Source: Ottowia oryzae
GTDB lineage: Bacteria; Pseudomonadota; Gammaproteobacteria; Burkholderiales; Burkholderiaceae_C
Direction of reading: 5' to 3'
Assembly: GCF_003008535.1 (NCBI RefSeq)
Contig: NZ_CP027666.1
Span: 110,389-142,388, forward strand
Length of the DNA: 32,000 bases
The position numbers and the translations under genes were made by a program. Below, one piece after another: positions 1-10,400 of the stretch (position 1 is the stretch's first letter; each line of letters starts with the position of its first letter). The notes below the pieces were generated by a model. That model did not search any database and had not been told where the DNA came from. It was given only the letters and a program-made list of their open reading frames with translations.

Positions 1-1
1 G

Positions 2-3000
2 CTGGAAGACATCGAAGGCCGCTTTGCCGAGCAGGAGGAGTTCCTCACCGACATCGCTACCCAGCGCGAAACGGTGTACGAAGCCCTCTCGGCACGCCGC
101 CAGAGTCTGGTGGAAGGCCAGCAACGCCGCGCCAAGGCCCTGGCCGATGCGGCGGGCCGCATTCTGGATGGCGTTGGCCGGCGCGTGGCCGCACTGACCG
201 ACCTGGCGCAGGTGCACAGCTATTTCGCGTCCGACCCGATGCTGGCCAAGCTGCGCGAACAGGTGCAAGAGCTGCGCCGCCTGGGCGCCGCCGTGGCGGC
301 CGACGACATCGACACGCGCCTGAAGACCGCCCGCGACCAGGCGGTGCGCGCGGTGCGCGACCAGCGTGAATTGTCGGCCGGCACCGAAGGCGGTCTGAAG
401 CTGGGCAGCCACACCTTCACCGTCAACAAGCAGCCGCTGGACCTGACGCTGGTCGGCCACGGCGACGGCCTGGCCTGGCAGATCACCGGCACCGACTACC
501 TGGCGCCCGCCCAAGACACGCAGCTCGAAGCGCTGCGCCCCTTCTGGCCTCAGGCGCTGGTGTCTGAAACGCCGCAACTGGCCCGCGCCGAATACCTGGC
601 CGCCGAATGGCTGCAAGCCCTGCAGCGCGGCGAGGCCGAGCCGGGCTGGAACGAGCTGCTGGTGCAGCTGACCGAGCACGCGCAAGGCAGCGCCGCGCCC
701 GACGCGCCGCCGCCTGCGGCCCTGCTGGAATCGCTGCGTCGCTTTGCCGCCAGCCGCTATCAAGAGGGCTACCAGCGCGGCATTCACGATGACGACGCGC
801 TGGCCATCGTGCGCGTGCTGGCGCCCATGCAAGCGGCATGCGGGCTGCTGCTGTACGGCCCGGCCGAACGCGCGCTGGCACAGCTGTTCTGGTGGGAAGG
901 TCTGCGCGATGAGAGCCGCCAGTCGTTGGCGCGGCGCGCACGCAGCGCTCAGCAAATCGCGCAGGTGTTCGTCCAAACCGCCCCGCGCGACACGCTGGAG
1001 GCTGAGGCCGCCGCCGCACTGCGCCACTTCTTGCAGGCCGATCCTGTGCTGGCGCAGGAATGGCTGCCCGATTTGGCGAGTGGCTTGGGCATCGACCTGA
1101 AACCCGATAACGCCGACGTGCCCCGCCCCCAACGCGACGCCCTGCTGAACACGCTGGCACAAGAAGCCGCCGCCTATCTGGTGCGCGAGCTGGCAGCGGT
1201 TGAAACTGCTGACGCCACCGTGCCCTGGACGATCAGCGGCACGGGGCAAGACCTGGTGCAGGCGCTGCAGCGCCACCTGGACCGGGGCGGCCTGGCCAGC
1301 GCCTGGCAACGCGACCTGCAAGCGGCCACGCCGCTGGAGCGCTGGCGCCTGGCGCGCGGCTGGCTGCATGCGTTTGCGCTCACCCCAGAAAGTGGCGACG
1401 GCGCGCTCGCGTGGATCGACGATGCCGCCACCGCCCTCGCTTTTGACACCGCGCGCAGCCGCGTCAACGCATCGCTGGACACGGTGGTAACCGGCCTGCG
1501 CAGCGAGCACCCGCGCATCCATGACGGGCAGTTGCGCTTCAACCTGAACGACTTCCGCCGTCGCGTGCGGCACCACGAGGGCTACGCGGCGCCGGGATTC
1601 CGGCGCCTGCAGGCTGTGCGGCATGAACTGCTGATGCACGAGAAAGCGCGCCTGCATCTGGAGCAGTTCCAGGCCAAGCCGCTGGCCACCTTCGTGCGCA
1701 ACCGCTTGATCGACGAGGTGTACCTGCCCCTGGTGGGCAACAACCTGGCCAAGCAACTGGGCGCGGCGGGCAATGCGGGGGATGGCGCGCGCACCGACCG
1801 CATGGGCCTGCTGCTGCTGATCTCGCCCCCCGGCTACGGCAAGACCACGCTGATGGAGTACATCGCCAACCGGTTGGGCCTGGTGTTTGTGCGCATCAAC
1901 TGCCCGGCACTGGGCCACGGCGTGACCAGCATCGACCCCAGCACCGCGCCCAACAGCGCGGCCCGGCAAGAGCTGGAAAAGCTCAACCTGGGCCTGGCCA
2001 TGGGCAGCAACGTGATGCTGTACCTGGACGACATCCAGCACACACACCCCGAGTTCCTGCAGAAATTCATCGCGCTGGCCGACGGCACACGCCGCATCGA
2101 AGGCGTGTGGCAGGGCCAGCCGCGCACCTGGGACATGCGCGGCAAGCGCTTTGCGCTGGTGATGTCCGGCAACCCCTACACCGAGTCGGGCGATGTGTTC
2201 CGCATTCCGGACATGCTGGCCAACCGCGCCGACATCTACAACCTGGGCGATGTGCTGTCTGGCCGCGAGGCGGTGTTCGCCCTGTCGTACATCGAAAACA
2301 GCCTGACCGCCAACCCCGTGACCCAGCCGCTGGCCGCGCGCGAGCCGAAAGACGTGCAGCTGCTGGTGCGCCTGGCCCAGGGCGAGGCCATCGACACCGG
2401 CAGCTTCAGCCACCCCTACAGCGCCGTGGAGCTGGACGAGCTGAAGGCCTTGCTGCAGCGCCTGTTCAAGGTGCGCGACGTGCTGCTCAAGGTGAACCTG
2501 GCGTACATCGAATCCGCCGCCCAGGACGACCGTTACCGCGACAAGCCCCCGTTTCGCCTCCAGGGCAGCTACCGCAACATGAGCCGGCTGGCCCCGCAGG
2601 TCACGGCGCTGATGCGCGACGACGAGCTGGACGCGCTGCTGCGCGACCACTACCGCGGCGAGGCGCAGACGCTAACCACCGGCGCTGAAGAGAACCTGCT
2701 GCAACTGGCCGAGCTGCTGGGCCGCCCCACCGCCGAAGAAGCCGACCGCTGGGCCCAGATCCGCGCCGACTTTCAGCGCCAGCGCAAGCTGGGCGGCGCC
2801 GCGGACGACCCCAGCATTCGCGTGACCAATGGTTTGCTGGACATTGCGCGTGGCGTGGAAGCGCTGGCGCCGCGCCAGCCTCTGGCCGAAAGCGCCGCGC
2901 CATTGGTGACCGAGCTCGCCCGTCAGCTCCAGGAGGGCCTTCACCAGCCGCTGGCGGGCCTGGCCACCCAGATCGCCGCCGCCGATGCCGCCCGCAGCAC

Positions 3001-3388
3001 GCAGTTGGCTGCGCAGCAGGATGCCCTGACGCAGTTGCAAGCCCCGTTGCAGGCGCTGGGCGAGGTGGCCGACCAACTGCGCCACGGCACCACCCAGTCG
3101 CAGCAGCAAATGCGCGCCAGCCTGGACGCCAGCACCGCCGCCTTGCAAGCGCTGCGCGAAAGCACCCTGGCGCTGGACACACACAGCGATTCCGCGCAAG
3201 AGCAGCGCATGGTCGACGCGCTGCTGTCGTTGTCAGTCACCTACCGGCAACTCATCATGCCCCTGGTGCGCGCGGTGGAAAAGCGCCTGGGGATGGACGC
3301 GGCGCACCCCGAGATCGCGCAGATCGAATCGGCGCTGGACGCGCTGGCGCCGGGCCAGACCGGCGGGCAGCGCGCACGCACCGACTAG
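2..3388 (+). CDS. Large AAA+ ATPase-domain protein, C-terminal ~1128 codons; the gene starts upstream of the window
   Basis: The reading frame is open from the window edge, with no stop between nt 2 and the GTG at 74 used by the ORF track, so the gene is 5'-truncated. It has Walker A 'SPPGYGKTT' (~nt 1823-1849), Walker B-like 'VMLYLDDIQH' (~nt 2012-2041) and 'VMSGNPY' sensor-like motifs. The C-terminal tail is Ala/Gln/Leu-rich and coiled-coil-like (~nt 2900-3230). I do not recognise the family beyond the AAA+ core. Confidence 0.75.
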   Translation: MEDIEGRFAEQEEFLTDIATQRETVYEALSARRQSLVEGQQRRAKALADAAGRILDGVGRRVAALTDLAQVHSYFASDPMLAKLREQVQELRRLGAAVAADDIDTRLKTARDQAVRAVRDQRELSAGTEGGLKLGSHTFTVNKQPLDLTLVGHGDGLAWQITGTDYLAPAQDTQLEALRPFWPQALVSETPQLARAEYLAAEWLQALQRGEAEPGWNELLVQLTEHAQGSAAPDAPPPAALLESLRRFAASRYQEGYQRGIHDDDALAIVRVLAPMQAACGLLLYGPAERALAQLFWWEGLRDESRQSLARRARSAQQIAQVFVQTAPRDTLEAEAAAALRHFLQADPVLAQEWLPDLASGLGIDLKPDNADVPRPQRDALLNTLAQEAAAYLVRELAAVETADATVPWTISGTGQDLVQALQRHLDRGGLASAWQRDLQAATPLERWRLARGWLHAFALTPESGDGALAWIDDAATALAFDTARSRVNASLDTVVTGLRSEHPRIHDGQLRFNLNDFRRRVRHHEGYAAPGFRRLQAVRHELLMHEKARLHLEQFQAKPLATFVRNRLIDEVYLPLVGNNLAKQLGAAGNAGDGARTDRMGLLLLISPPGYGKTTLMEYIANRLGLVFVRINCPALGHGVTSIDPSTAPNSAARQELEKLNLGLAMGSNVMLYLDDIQHTHPEFLQKFIALADGTRRIEGVWQGQPRTWDMRGKRFALVMSGNPYTESGDVFRIPDMLANRADIYNLGDVLSGREAVFALSYIENSLTANPVTQPLAAREPKDVQLLVRLAQGEAIDTGSFSHPYSAVELDELKALLQRLFKVRDVLLKVNLAYIESAAQDDRYRDKPPFRLQGSYRNMSRLAPQVTALMRDDELDALLRDHYRGEAQTLTTGAEENLLQLAELLGRPTAEEADRWAQIRADFQRQRKLGGAADDPSIRVTNGLLDIARGVEALAPRQPLAESAAPLVTELARQLQEGLHQPLAGLATQIAAADAARSTQLAAQQDALTQLQAPLQALGEVADQLRHGTTQSQQQMRASLDASTAALQALRESTLALDTHSDSAQEQRMVDALLSLSVTYRQLIMPLVRAVEKRLGMDAAHPEIAQIESALDALAPGQTGGQRARTD

Positions 3389-3542
3389 CAAGGCCTGCGC
3401 CGGCGCGGCCACGGCGTCATTCAGGCGCGCCGGGCCCAGCGCGATGCTGCCCGCGGCCCCGCTCACGCTTCGTTGAGATGCTGCCTGCAGAAATGCCCCC
3501 GCCGCTTAAAATGGCGGGTTACCCTGCCTGGCATCACCTACC

Positions 3543-5171
3543 TTGTCGAACGCTTCCGAAACCCGGCGTCGCCGCACCTTCGCCATCATCTCCCACCCTG
3601 ACGCGGGCAAGACCACGCTGACGGAGAAGCTGCTGCTGTTTTCGGGCGCGATCCAGATCGCCGGCGCCGTGAAGGGCCGCAAGGCCAGCCGCCATGCCAC
3701 CAGCGACTGGATGGAGATCGAGAAGCAGCGCGGCATTTCGGTGGCCTCCAGCGTGATGCAGATGGTCTACCGCGACCACGTCATCAACCTGCTCGACACG
3801 CCCGGCCACAAGGACTTCTCCGAAGACACCTACCGCGTGCTCACCGCCGTGGATTCGGCCCTGATGGTGATCGACGCGGCCAACGGCGTGGAAAGCCAGA
3901 CGCGGCGGCTCATCGAGGTGTGCCGCCAGCGCGACACGCCCATCATCACCTTCGTCAACAAGATGGACCGCGAGGTGCGCGACCCGCTGGACATCATGGA
4001 CGAGGTGGAGCGCGAGCTGGGCATGCCCTGCTGCCCCATCACCTGGCCGGTGGGCCAGGGCAAGAGCTTTGGCGGCATCATCAACCTGCGCACGCAAAGC
4101 ATGACGGTGTTCGCGCCCGGCAGCGAAAAGCGCCCGCAAGACTTTGAAGTGATTCCACTGGCCGAGGCCGACAAGCTGCGCGCGCGCTTCGGCCAGGCCT
4201 TCGACGATGCGCTGGAAAGCATGGAGCTGGCCGTGGGCGCCTCGGCTGCGTGGGACCACGAAGCCTTTCTGGCCGGCAAGCTCACGCCGGTGTTCTTCGG
4301 CTCCGGCGTCAACAACTTCGGCGTGATGGAGGTGCTGGACGCGGTGGTGGACATGTCGCCCCCGCCCGGCCCGCGCGTGGCGTACACCGAGGTCAACCGC
4401 CAGCGCGAAGAAAGAACCGTGCGGCCCGAAGACGACAGTTTTTCAGGCGTGGTCTTCAAGGTGCAGGCCAACATGGACGCCAACCACCGCGACCGCATCG
4501 CCTTCGTGCGCGTGGCCAGCGGCAAGTACACGCCGGGCATGAAGATGAAGGTGCAGCGCACCGCCAAAGAGCTGCGCCCCACCAGCGTGGTGACCTTCAT
4601 GTCGCAACGCCGTGAAGCCGTAGATGAAGCCTACGCCGGCGACATCATCGGTTTCACCATCCACGGCGGCGTGCAGCTGGGCGACAGCATCACCGACGGG
4701 CCCAGCCTGCAGTTCACCGGCCTGCCCTTTTTCGCGCCCGAGATGTTCATGACCGTGGTGCTGAAGAACCCCCTGCGCACCAAGCAGTTGCAGCAGGGCC
4801 TGATGCAGCTGGGCGAAGAGGGCGCCATCCAGGTGTTCAAGCCCGACGCGGGCGGCAACATGCTGCTGGGCGCGGTGGGCCAGCTGCAGTTCGAAGTGGT
4901 GCAGCACCGCCTGAAAGCCGAGTACGACTGCGACGTGCGCCTGGAAGGCTGCCAGTACACCGGCGCGCGCTGGATCACCGCCGACACCCCGGCCGAGCTG
5001 CGCGAGTTCGAGCACGCCTACCCCCTGCGCCTGGCACACGACGCGGCGGACGCGCTGGCCTTTCTGTGCACCAGCCCGTACGACGTGCGGCTGGCGCAAG
5101 AGCGCTTTCCCAAGATCCACTTCCACCCGCTGCGCGAGCACGCGGGCCTGGCGCTGCAGCCAGCGGCCTGA
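3543..5171 (+). CDS. prfC: Peptide chain release factor 3 (translational GTPase)
   Basis: GTPase motifs are present: 'AIISHPDAGKTT' (G1), 'DTPGH' (G3) and 'NKMD' (G4). The protein is collinear along its full length with E. coli PrfC as I recall it (e.g. 'SDWMEIEKQRGIS', 'FKVQANMD..HRDRIAFVRV', 'LRLAQERFP'). The TTG start at 3543 lacks an obvious SD, so the exact start is uncertain. Confidence 0.93.
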   Translation: MSNASETRRRRTFAIISHPDAGKTTLTEKLLLFSGAIQIAGAVKGRKASRHATSDWMEIEKQRGISVASSVMQMVYRDHVINLLDTPGHKDFSEDTYRVLTAVDSALMVIDAANGVESQTRRLIEVCRQRDTPIITFVNKMDREVRDPLDIMDEVERELGMPCCPITWPVGQGKSFGGIINLRTQSMTVFAPGSEKRPQDFEVIPLAEADKLRARFGQAFDDALESMELAVGASAAWDHEAFLAGKLTPVFFGSGVNNFGVMEVLDAVVDMSPPPGPRVAYTEVNRQREERTVRPEDDSFSGVVFKVQANMDANHRDRIAFVRVASGKYTPGMKMKVQRTAKELRPTSVVTFMSQRREAVDEAYAGDIIGFTIHGGVQLGDSITDGPSLQFTGLPFFAPEMFMTVVLKNPLRTKQLQQGLMQLGEEGAIQVFKPDAGGNMLLGAVGQLQFEVVQHRLKAEYDCDVRLEGCQYTGARWITADTPAELREFEHAYPLRLAHDAADALAFLCTSPYDVRLAQERFPKIHFHPLREHAGLALQPAA

Positions 5172-5221
5172 TTGGCGCGGCGAGCCGGCGCGCGGCCCCT
5201 GGCCGAGCGGCTGCGGGGCCA

Positions 5222-5276
5222 GGTGCAACTACGTTTTTGATAGCTACCAGCGCAGTTGCACCGTGCGCCAGTGGCC
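5222..5276 (-). repeat. Dispersed intergenic repeat, copy a (inverted orientation relative to the other copies)
   Basis: The reverse complement GGCCACTGGCGCACGGTGCAACTGCGCTGGTAGCTATCAAAAACGTAGTTGCACC aligns with copies b-e. It lies between the convergent prfC and lrp-family genes. An extra 9-bp inverted pair GGTGCAACT/AGTTGCACC lies at 5222-5230/5254-5262. Confidence 0.7.
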
Positions 5277-5300
5277 TTTTTCCCTCTCAATAGGCGCGAA

Positions 5301-5783
5301 TCAACCCCGCGGTACATCCACCGGCAGCATCAAGCTTTCCTTGATCTCCTCCATCACCACGTAGCTGTTGCTTTGCGCGGGCACGGGGATTTTTTGCAGG
5401 ATCTGCGCCAGCAGTTCGCGGTACTCACTCATGGCCGATAGCCGCGCCTTGATCAGGTAGTCAAAACGGCCGGACACCAGGTGGCATTCGAGCACGCGCG
5501 GCTCGTGCACCAGCTCGGCGCGCAGCTTCTCGAACAGCTCGCCGGATTTGGACGACAGCGTCAATTCCACAAACACCAGCAGCGGGCGCCCCATCGCCAC
5601 CGGGTCCACCCGCGCGTGGTAGCCGGTGATGACGCCCGCGCGCTCCAGCCGGCGCACCCGCTCGGTAACGGGTGAGGTGGACAAGCCCACCTCGTGCGCC
5701 AGCTCGGTCAGCGGCAGGCGGCCCTGGCGTTGCAGCGCGTCCAGGATCTTGCGGTCGATGCGGTCAAGTTCAGGCACGGTCAT
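5301..5783 (-). CDS. Lrp/AsnC-family transcriptional regulator (DadR/Lrp-like)
   Basis: The 160-aa product has an N-terminal AsnC-type HTH ('RKILDALQRQGRLPLTELAHEVGLSTSPVTERVRRLERAGVI') and a C-terminal ligand-binding domain. It is transcribed divergently from dadA, the classic lrp/dadR-dadA arrangement. Confidence 0.88.
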   Translation of the reverse strand: MTVPELDRIDRKILDALQRQGRLPLTELAHEVGLSTSPVTERVRRLERAGVITGYHARVDPVAMGRPLLVFVELTLSSKSGELFEKLRAELVHEPRVLECHLVSGRFDYLIKARLSAMSEYRELLAQILQKIPVPAQSNSYVVMEEIKESLMLPVDVPRG

Positions 5784-5952
5784 GGTGCGGCGGCGGGTTG
5801 TGTCGGTCAGCTCGGTGCGTGGGCCGGTTTGGCAGTGAATATCGCTGTGAAACCGGATTACTTCAGTGGTGTTTGCTGCATAGATGCTCCTACAGTTTGC
5901 ACTTCACTGCAAGCCATTCGGGCGCCGCAGGTTCTGGCACAGGGGCAGCGTT
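5784..5952. promoter_or_regulatory. Divergent lrp-family/dadA intergenic control region
   Basis: This 169-bp spacer lies between divergent starts. It contains the 8-bp inverted pair GCAGTGAA (~5831-5838) / TTCACTGC (~5903-5910) and relatively A/T-rich stretches. No promoter hexamers were called with confidence. Confidence 0.4.
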
Positions 5953-7296
5953 ATGAAGGTCATCGTTCTGGGCGGCGGCGTGGTCGGCGTCACCACCGCT
6001 TACTACCTGGCGCGCGGCGGCGCGCAAGTCACCGTGGTCGAGCGACAGGACGGCGCCGCGCTGGAAACCAGCTTTGCCAACGCTGGGCAGGTATCGCCCG
6101 GCTACAGCACGCCGTGGGCGGCGCCAGGCATCCCGGTCAAAGCGCTGAAATGGATGCTGCAGCGCCACGCGCCGCTGGCCATTCGCGCCGATGGCAGCCT
6201 GTTTCAGCTGCGCTGGATGGCGCAGATGCTCAAGAACTGCACCAGCGCGCGTTACGCCGTCAACAAAGAGCGCATGACGCGCGTGGCCGAGTACAGCCGC
6301 GACTGCCTGCGCCAACTGCGCGCCGACACGGGCATCCAGTACGACCAGCGGACGCTGGGCACGCTGCAGGTGTTTCGCACGCCCAAGCAGCTGCAGGCCG
6401 TGCAAAGCGACATCGCCGTGCTGCGCGAATGCGAGGTGCCATTCCGCGAACTGCGCGCCGATGAGCTGCCCGAGATCGAGCCCGCCTTGGCCCACGCGCC
6501 GGGCCTGGTGGGCGGCCTGCACCTGCCCGGCGACGAAACCGGCGACTGCCACCAGTTCACCCAGCGCCTGGCCGAATTGGCGCGCGGGCTGGGCGTGCAG
6601 TTCCGCTACGGGGTGGACGTGCAGCGCCTGCAAACGCAGGGCCGCACCGTGACCGGAGTGCACATCGCCCGCCACAACGGCGCGCGCGACGCCAGCCACA
6701 CCGGCGAAAGCGAGCTGCTGAGCGCCGACCGGGTGGTGGTGGCGCTGGGCTGCGCATCGCACGAGCTGCTGGGCACGCTGGGGCTGGACGTGCCTGTGTA
6801 CCCCGTCAAAGGCTATTCGCTGACGGTGCCCATCGTCGATGAAGCCCGCGCGCCACGGTCCACCGTGATGGACGAGACGTACAAAGTCGCCGTCACCCGC
6901 CTGGGCAACCGCATTCGCGTGGGCGGCATGGCCGAGCTGGCGGGGCACGACCTGCGCCTGAACCCGCGCCGCCGCGAGACGCTGGAACTGGTCACGCAAG
7001 GCTTGTTTGCAGGCGCGGGCGACGTGCCCGCCGCATCGTTCTGGACCGGCCTGCGCCCCATGACCCCCGACGGCACGCCCATCCTGGGCCGCGCCCCTGG
7101 CTGGGACAACCTGCTGGTCAACACCGGCCACGGCACCCTGGGCTGGACCATGGCCTGCGGCAGCGGCAAGCTGCTGGCCGACTTGACGCTGGGCCGCCAG
7201 CCCGACATCAGCACCGACGGGCTGAGCGCCGATCGCTATGGTAAGAATAGCGGCCAGCGCAGCATGGGCGGGCGCCAGCTGCCAGTTCACGCCTGA
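5953..7296 (+). CDS. dadA: D-amino acid dehydrogenase (FAD-dependent)
   Basis: The ATG at 5953 gives the Rossmann FAD motif '[23 protein letters not shown]'. The product is collinear with E. coli DadA ('[22 protein letters not shown]', 'YPVKGYSLT', '[16 protein letters not shown]'). The ORF-track start at 5884 is an upstream extension with no homology. Confidence 0.93.
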   Translation: MKVIVLGGGVVGVTTAYYLARGGAQVTVVERQDGAALETSFANAGQVSPGYSTPWAAPGIPVKALKWMLQRHAPLAIRADGSLFQLRWMAQMLKNCTSARYAVNKERMTRVAEYSRDCLRQLRADTGIQYDQRTLGTLQVFRTPKQLQAVQSDIAVLRECEVPFRELRADELPEIEPALAHAPGLVGGLHLPGDETGDCHQFTQRLAELARGLGVQFRYGVDVQRLQTQGRTVTGVHIARHNGARDASHTGESELLSADRVVVALGCASHELLGTLGLDVPVYPVKGYSLTVPIVDEARAPRSTVMDETYKVAVTRLGNRIRVGGMAELAGHDLRLNPRRRETLELVTQGLFAGAGDVPAASFWTGLRPMTPDGTPILGRAPGWDNLLVNTGHGTLGWTMACGSGKLLADLTLGRQPDISTDGLSADRYGKNSGQRSMGGRQLPVHA

Positions 7297-7377
7297 TACG
7301 CGCCGCCGCGCGGTCGTCCCGCCACCTTCCGCGATGCCCGGCGCTGAATGGGTTGGGCAACGCGGGCGCGCGGATGA

Positions 7378-7405
7378 GTGTTCATAAGCCTACGCGGCAG
7401 AGGAC
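7378..7405 (-). repeat. Degenerate terminal (trailer-end, oldest) CRISPR repeat
   Basis: GTGTTCATAAGCCTACGCGGCAGAGGAC keeps the central CCTACGCGGCAG core but diverges in both flanks. It is separated from the first perfect repeat by a 32-nt spacer (7406-7437). Confidence 0.85.
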
Positions 7406-10400
7406 AATGCGTCGGTAATGCCGTAGGCCGAGATGGTTTTCTGAGCTGCCTACGCGGCAGCGAACCCCACCGTGGATAGCCAGCTGAATTTCGATGTTTT
7501 CTGAGCTGCCTACGCGGCAGCGAACTCAGCGCCGTCGTCAACGGCTTTTTGGGCGGTTTTCTGAGCTGCCTACGCGGCAGCGAACGCAAAACACTGCCCG
7601 AATGTCTGCCACTCGTTTTTCTGAGCTGCCTACGCGGCAGCGAACATCGTGGAGAGCTTCCCCCGCCAGTGCGTGCTTTTCTGAGCTGCCTACGCGGCAG
7701 CGAACGCAACCTGGCTGGCGGGCGCGGCACCATCAGCGTTTCTGAGCTGCCTACGCGGCAGCGAACGTTCCCTACGACCCGCACCTGCCGGTGCATACTT
7801 TCTGAGCTGCCTACGCGGCAGCGAACAATGGCGTGCCCACCACATGGCCGTTCTCTATTTTCTGAGCTGCCTACGCGGCAGCGAACGCGCCCAAGACCAG
7901 CACAGGAACGTACAGAGATTTCTGAGCTGCCTACGCGGCAGCGAACGTGTTCGTGGCCACGGACATCAACTTGCGCCCTTTCTGAGCTGCCTACGCGGCA
8001 GCGAACGTTGGTGCGCTGGCTGGTGCTGCGGGGTTTGTTTTCTGAGCTGCCTACGCGGCAGCGAACGCCGAATATCCAGCCCGCAAAAGAAGGCGAATTT
8101 TTCTGAGCTGCCTACGCGGCAGCGAACTACAAGCAGTGCCAGCGCAAGCAGATGGGGCTTTTCTGAGCTGCCTACGCGGCAGCGAACGATATGTCTGGCG
8201 GCAAGAAATTTGAGGACATTTTCTGAGCTGCCTACGCGGCAGCGAACCATGACTGGGCTGGCCAAGGGCACTGCTGGCTTTTCTGAGCTGCCTACGCGGC
8301 AGCGAACGAGGAGATCGTTCGCCATCAGATTTCCTCGTATTTCTGAGCTGCCTACGCGGCAGCGAACATCATCCCGCCGACGGCGGACTATCCCAATGGT
8401 TTCTGAGCTGCCTACGCGGCAGCGAACCTCGTCCGCACCAGAATACATGGATGCGTCCATTTCTGAGCTGCCTACGCGGCAGCGAACCCCGCATCTGAAC
8501 GTCCCGAGCTTGCCGACGTTTTCTGAGCTGCCTACGCGGCAGCGAACACAGGTTGTCGTCGGGCAGCATCTTGCGGTATTTTCTGAGCTGCCTACGCGGC
8601 AGCGAACCTGCATTGGCCGAGGTCACTGCGTCGCTGATATTTCTGAGCTGCCTACGCGGCAGCGAACCTGAGCGTGCCCGAGAGGGGCATGCCACTGTTG
8701 TTTCTGAGCTGCCTACGCGGCAGCGAACCTGGCGTTTGTCCCCGAATTGACCCAGGCCGATTTCTGAGCTGCCTACGCGGCAGCGAACGATGCGCATGTG
8801 CGCATCACCGCTGCCGCACTTTTCTGAGCTGCCTACGCGGCAGCGAACAGGCAGCGTGAGATCGCGATTCAGATCATGAATTTCTGAGCTGCCTACGCGG
8901 CAGCGAACGGCAAGCCGCAGTCCTTCACCGACGCGGACTATTTCTGAGCTGCCTACGCGGCAGCGAACGATGGGACGCGAGGGGCCTCTGCGCTCCATCT
9001 TTTCTGAGCTGCCTACGCGGCAGCGAACTCAGCACCAACACCAACACCGGCTGCGGCGGATTTCTGAGCTGCCTACGCGGCAGCGAACATTCCCTCACCG
9101 TCACCGCCACCGATGGCGAGTTTCTGAGCTGCCTACGCGGCAGCGAACGACGATTGGGCCGACACCTTCGCCCGCGTGATTTTCTGAGCTGCCTACGCGG
9201 CAGCGAACGACGAAGCCGGGTTTGATGACGTACTTGACCTTTTCTGAGCTGCCTACGCGGCAGCGAACCGGTGGGCAGGCTGCGCACGTCGGGGCGGCCC
9301 ATTTCTGAGCTGCCTACGCGGCAGCGAACCATGCAGCGCTGGCCCAGGCCGGTGGCGACCATTTCTGAGCTGCCTACGCGGCAGCGAACGCGCCGTTGGT
9401 GAGGATGAGGGGCAGGCGGTTTTTCTGAGCTGCCTACGCGGCAGCGAACTGAAGCGTGAATGCAAGGGGCGCACGAATGCGTTTCTGAGCTGCCTACGCG
9501 GCAGCGAACTTTCTCGGCCCACGGCGCCGCGCGCTTCGTGTTTTCTGAGCTGCCTACGCGGCAGCGAACCGCGTGCTGCGCCGTGCGGCCGCGCGCATCG
9601 TTTTCTGAGCTGCCTACGCGGCAGCGAACGCCCAGCGGGCGCACTGTTCTGGACGAGGTTGTTTCTGAGCTGCCTACGCGGCAGCGAACGCATCAAGACC
9701 TATCAGGCGCTGGTTGAAACCTTTCTGAGCTGCCTACGCGGCAGCGAACTCTTCGGAGACCACGTAGTAGCCGCCCACCTCTTTCTGAGCTGCCTACGCG
9801 GCAGCGAACGTCCCCAACTTGCAGCGGTCGCTGCGGCAGTATTTCTGAGCTGCCTACGCGGCAGCGAACTGGCCGGTATTACTCGCCCGCTGAGTGCTAC
9901 CTTTCTGAGCTGCCTACGCGGCAGCGAACAGCTGCAATCGCCCGGCCGATTTACTGTGCGTTTTCTGAGCTGCCTACGCGGCAGCGAACTTCCCAGCTGC
10001 TGCACATGCCCACGCTGACCTTTTCTGAGCTGCCTACGCGGCAGCGAACTACCACCACGGCGTGAGGGTCCTTGAGGTCAATTTCTGAGCTGCCTACGCG
10101 GCAGCGAACGTGCTGACCATCAGCCGCCGAAAACGCACCAATTTCTGAGCTGCCTACGCGGCAGCGAACGCATGCAGCCTGCAGCTGGCCGGTGTTGGCA
10201 ATTTCTGAGCTGCCTACGCGGCAGCGAACCAACAAGTCGATCCGGTGGCAGCCGGTTTGGCTTTCTGAGCTGCCTACGCGGCAGCGAACCAGATACCCCG
10301 GCGGTGCGCGCCAGCATCAGCATTTCTGAGCTGCCTACGCGGCAGCGAACTGCGCTATCTACCTCAATGCGCTGCTGCGCGATTTCTGAGCTGCCTACGC

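Noticed and set aside
3498-3518. The hairpin CCCGCC-N9-GGCGGG after the AAA+ gene, considered as a terminator.
   Set aside because: It has only a 6-bp stem, a 9-nt loop and a TT tail. This is too weak to call, so it is left unannotated.
3543-5171. A programmed frameshift in the release-factor gene.
   Set aside because: That feature belongs to prfB (RF2). This gene is prfC (RF3) and reads as one uninterrupted frame.
5890-7290. A 466-aa minus-strand ORF covering the whole of dadA. Similar long antisense ORFs occur at 24214-25797 (+), 26645-27808 (+), 27866-28858 (-), 29137-30705 (+), 4443-5228 (-), 15713-16567 (+) and 18969-19805 (+).
   Set aside because: These are typical stop-poor antisense frames of high-GC genes. 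Their products are Arg/Ala/Gly/His-rich with no recognisable motifs, and the opposite strand carries a clearly homologous protein.
7297-7377. Mobile-element scars, tRNA or att-like direct repeats at the edges of the CRISPR-Cas block (also checked at 23944-24099).
   Set aside because: I could find nothing recognisable by eye. A proper alignment with related genomes would be needed to exclude short direct repeats.
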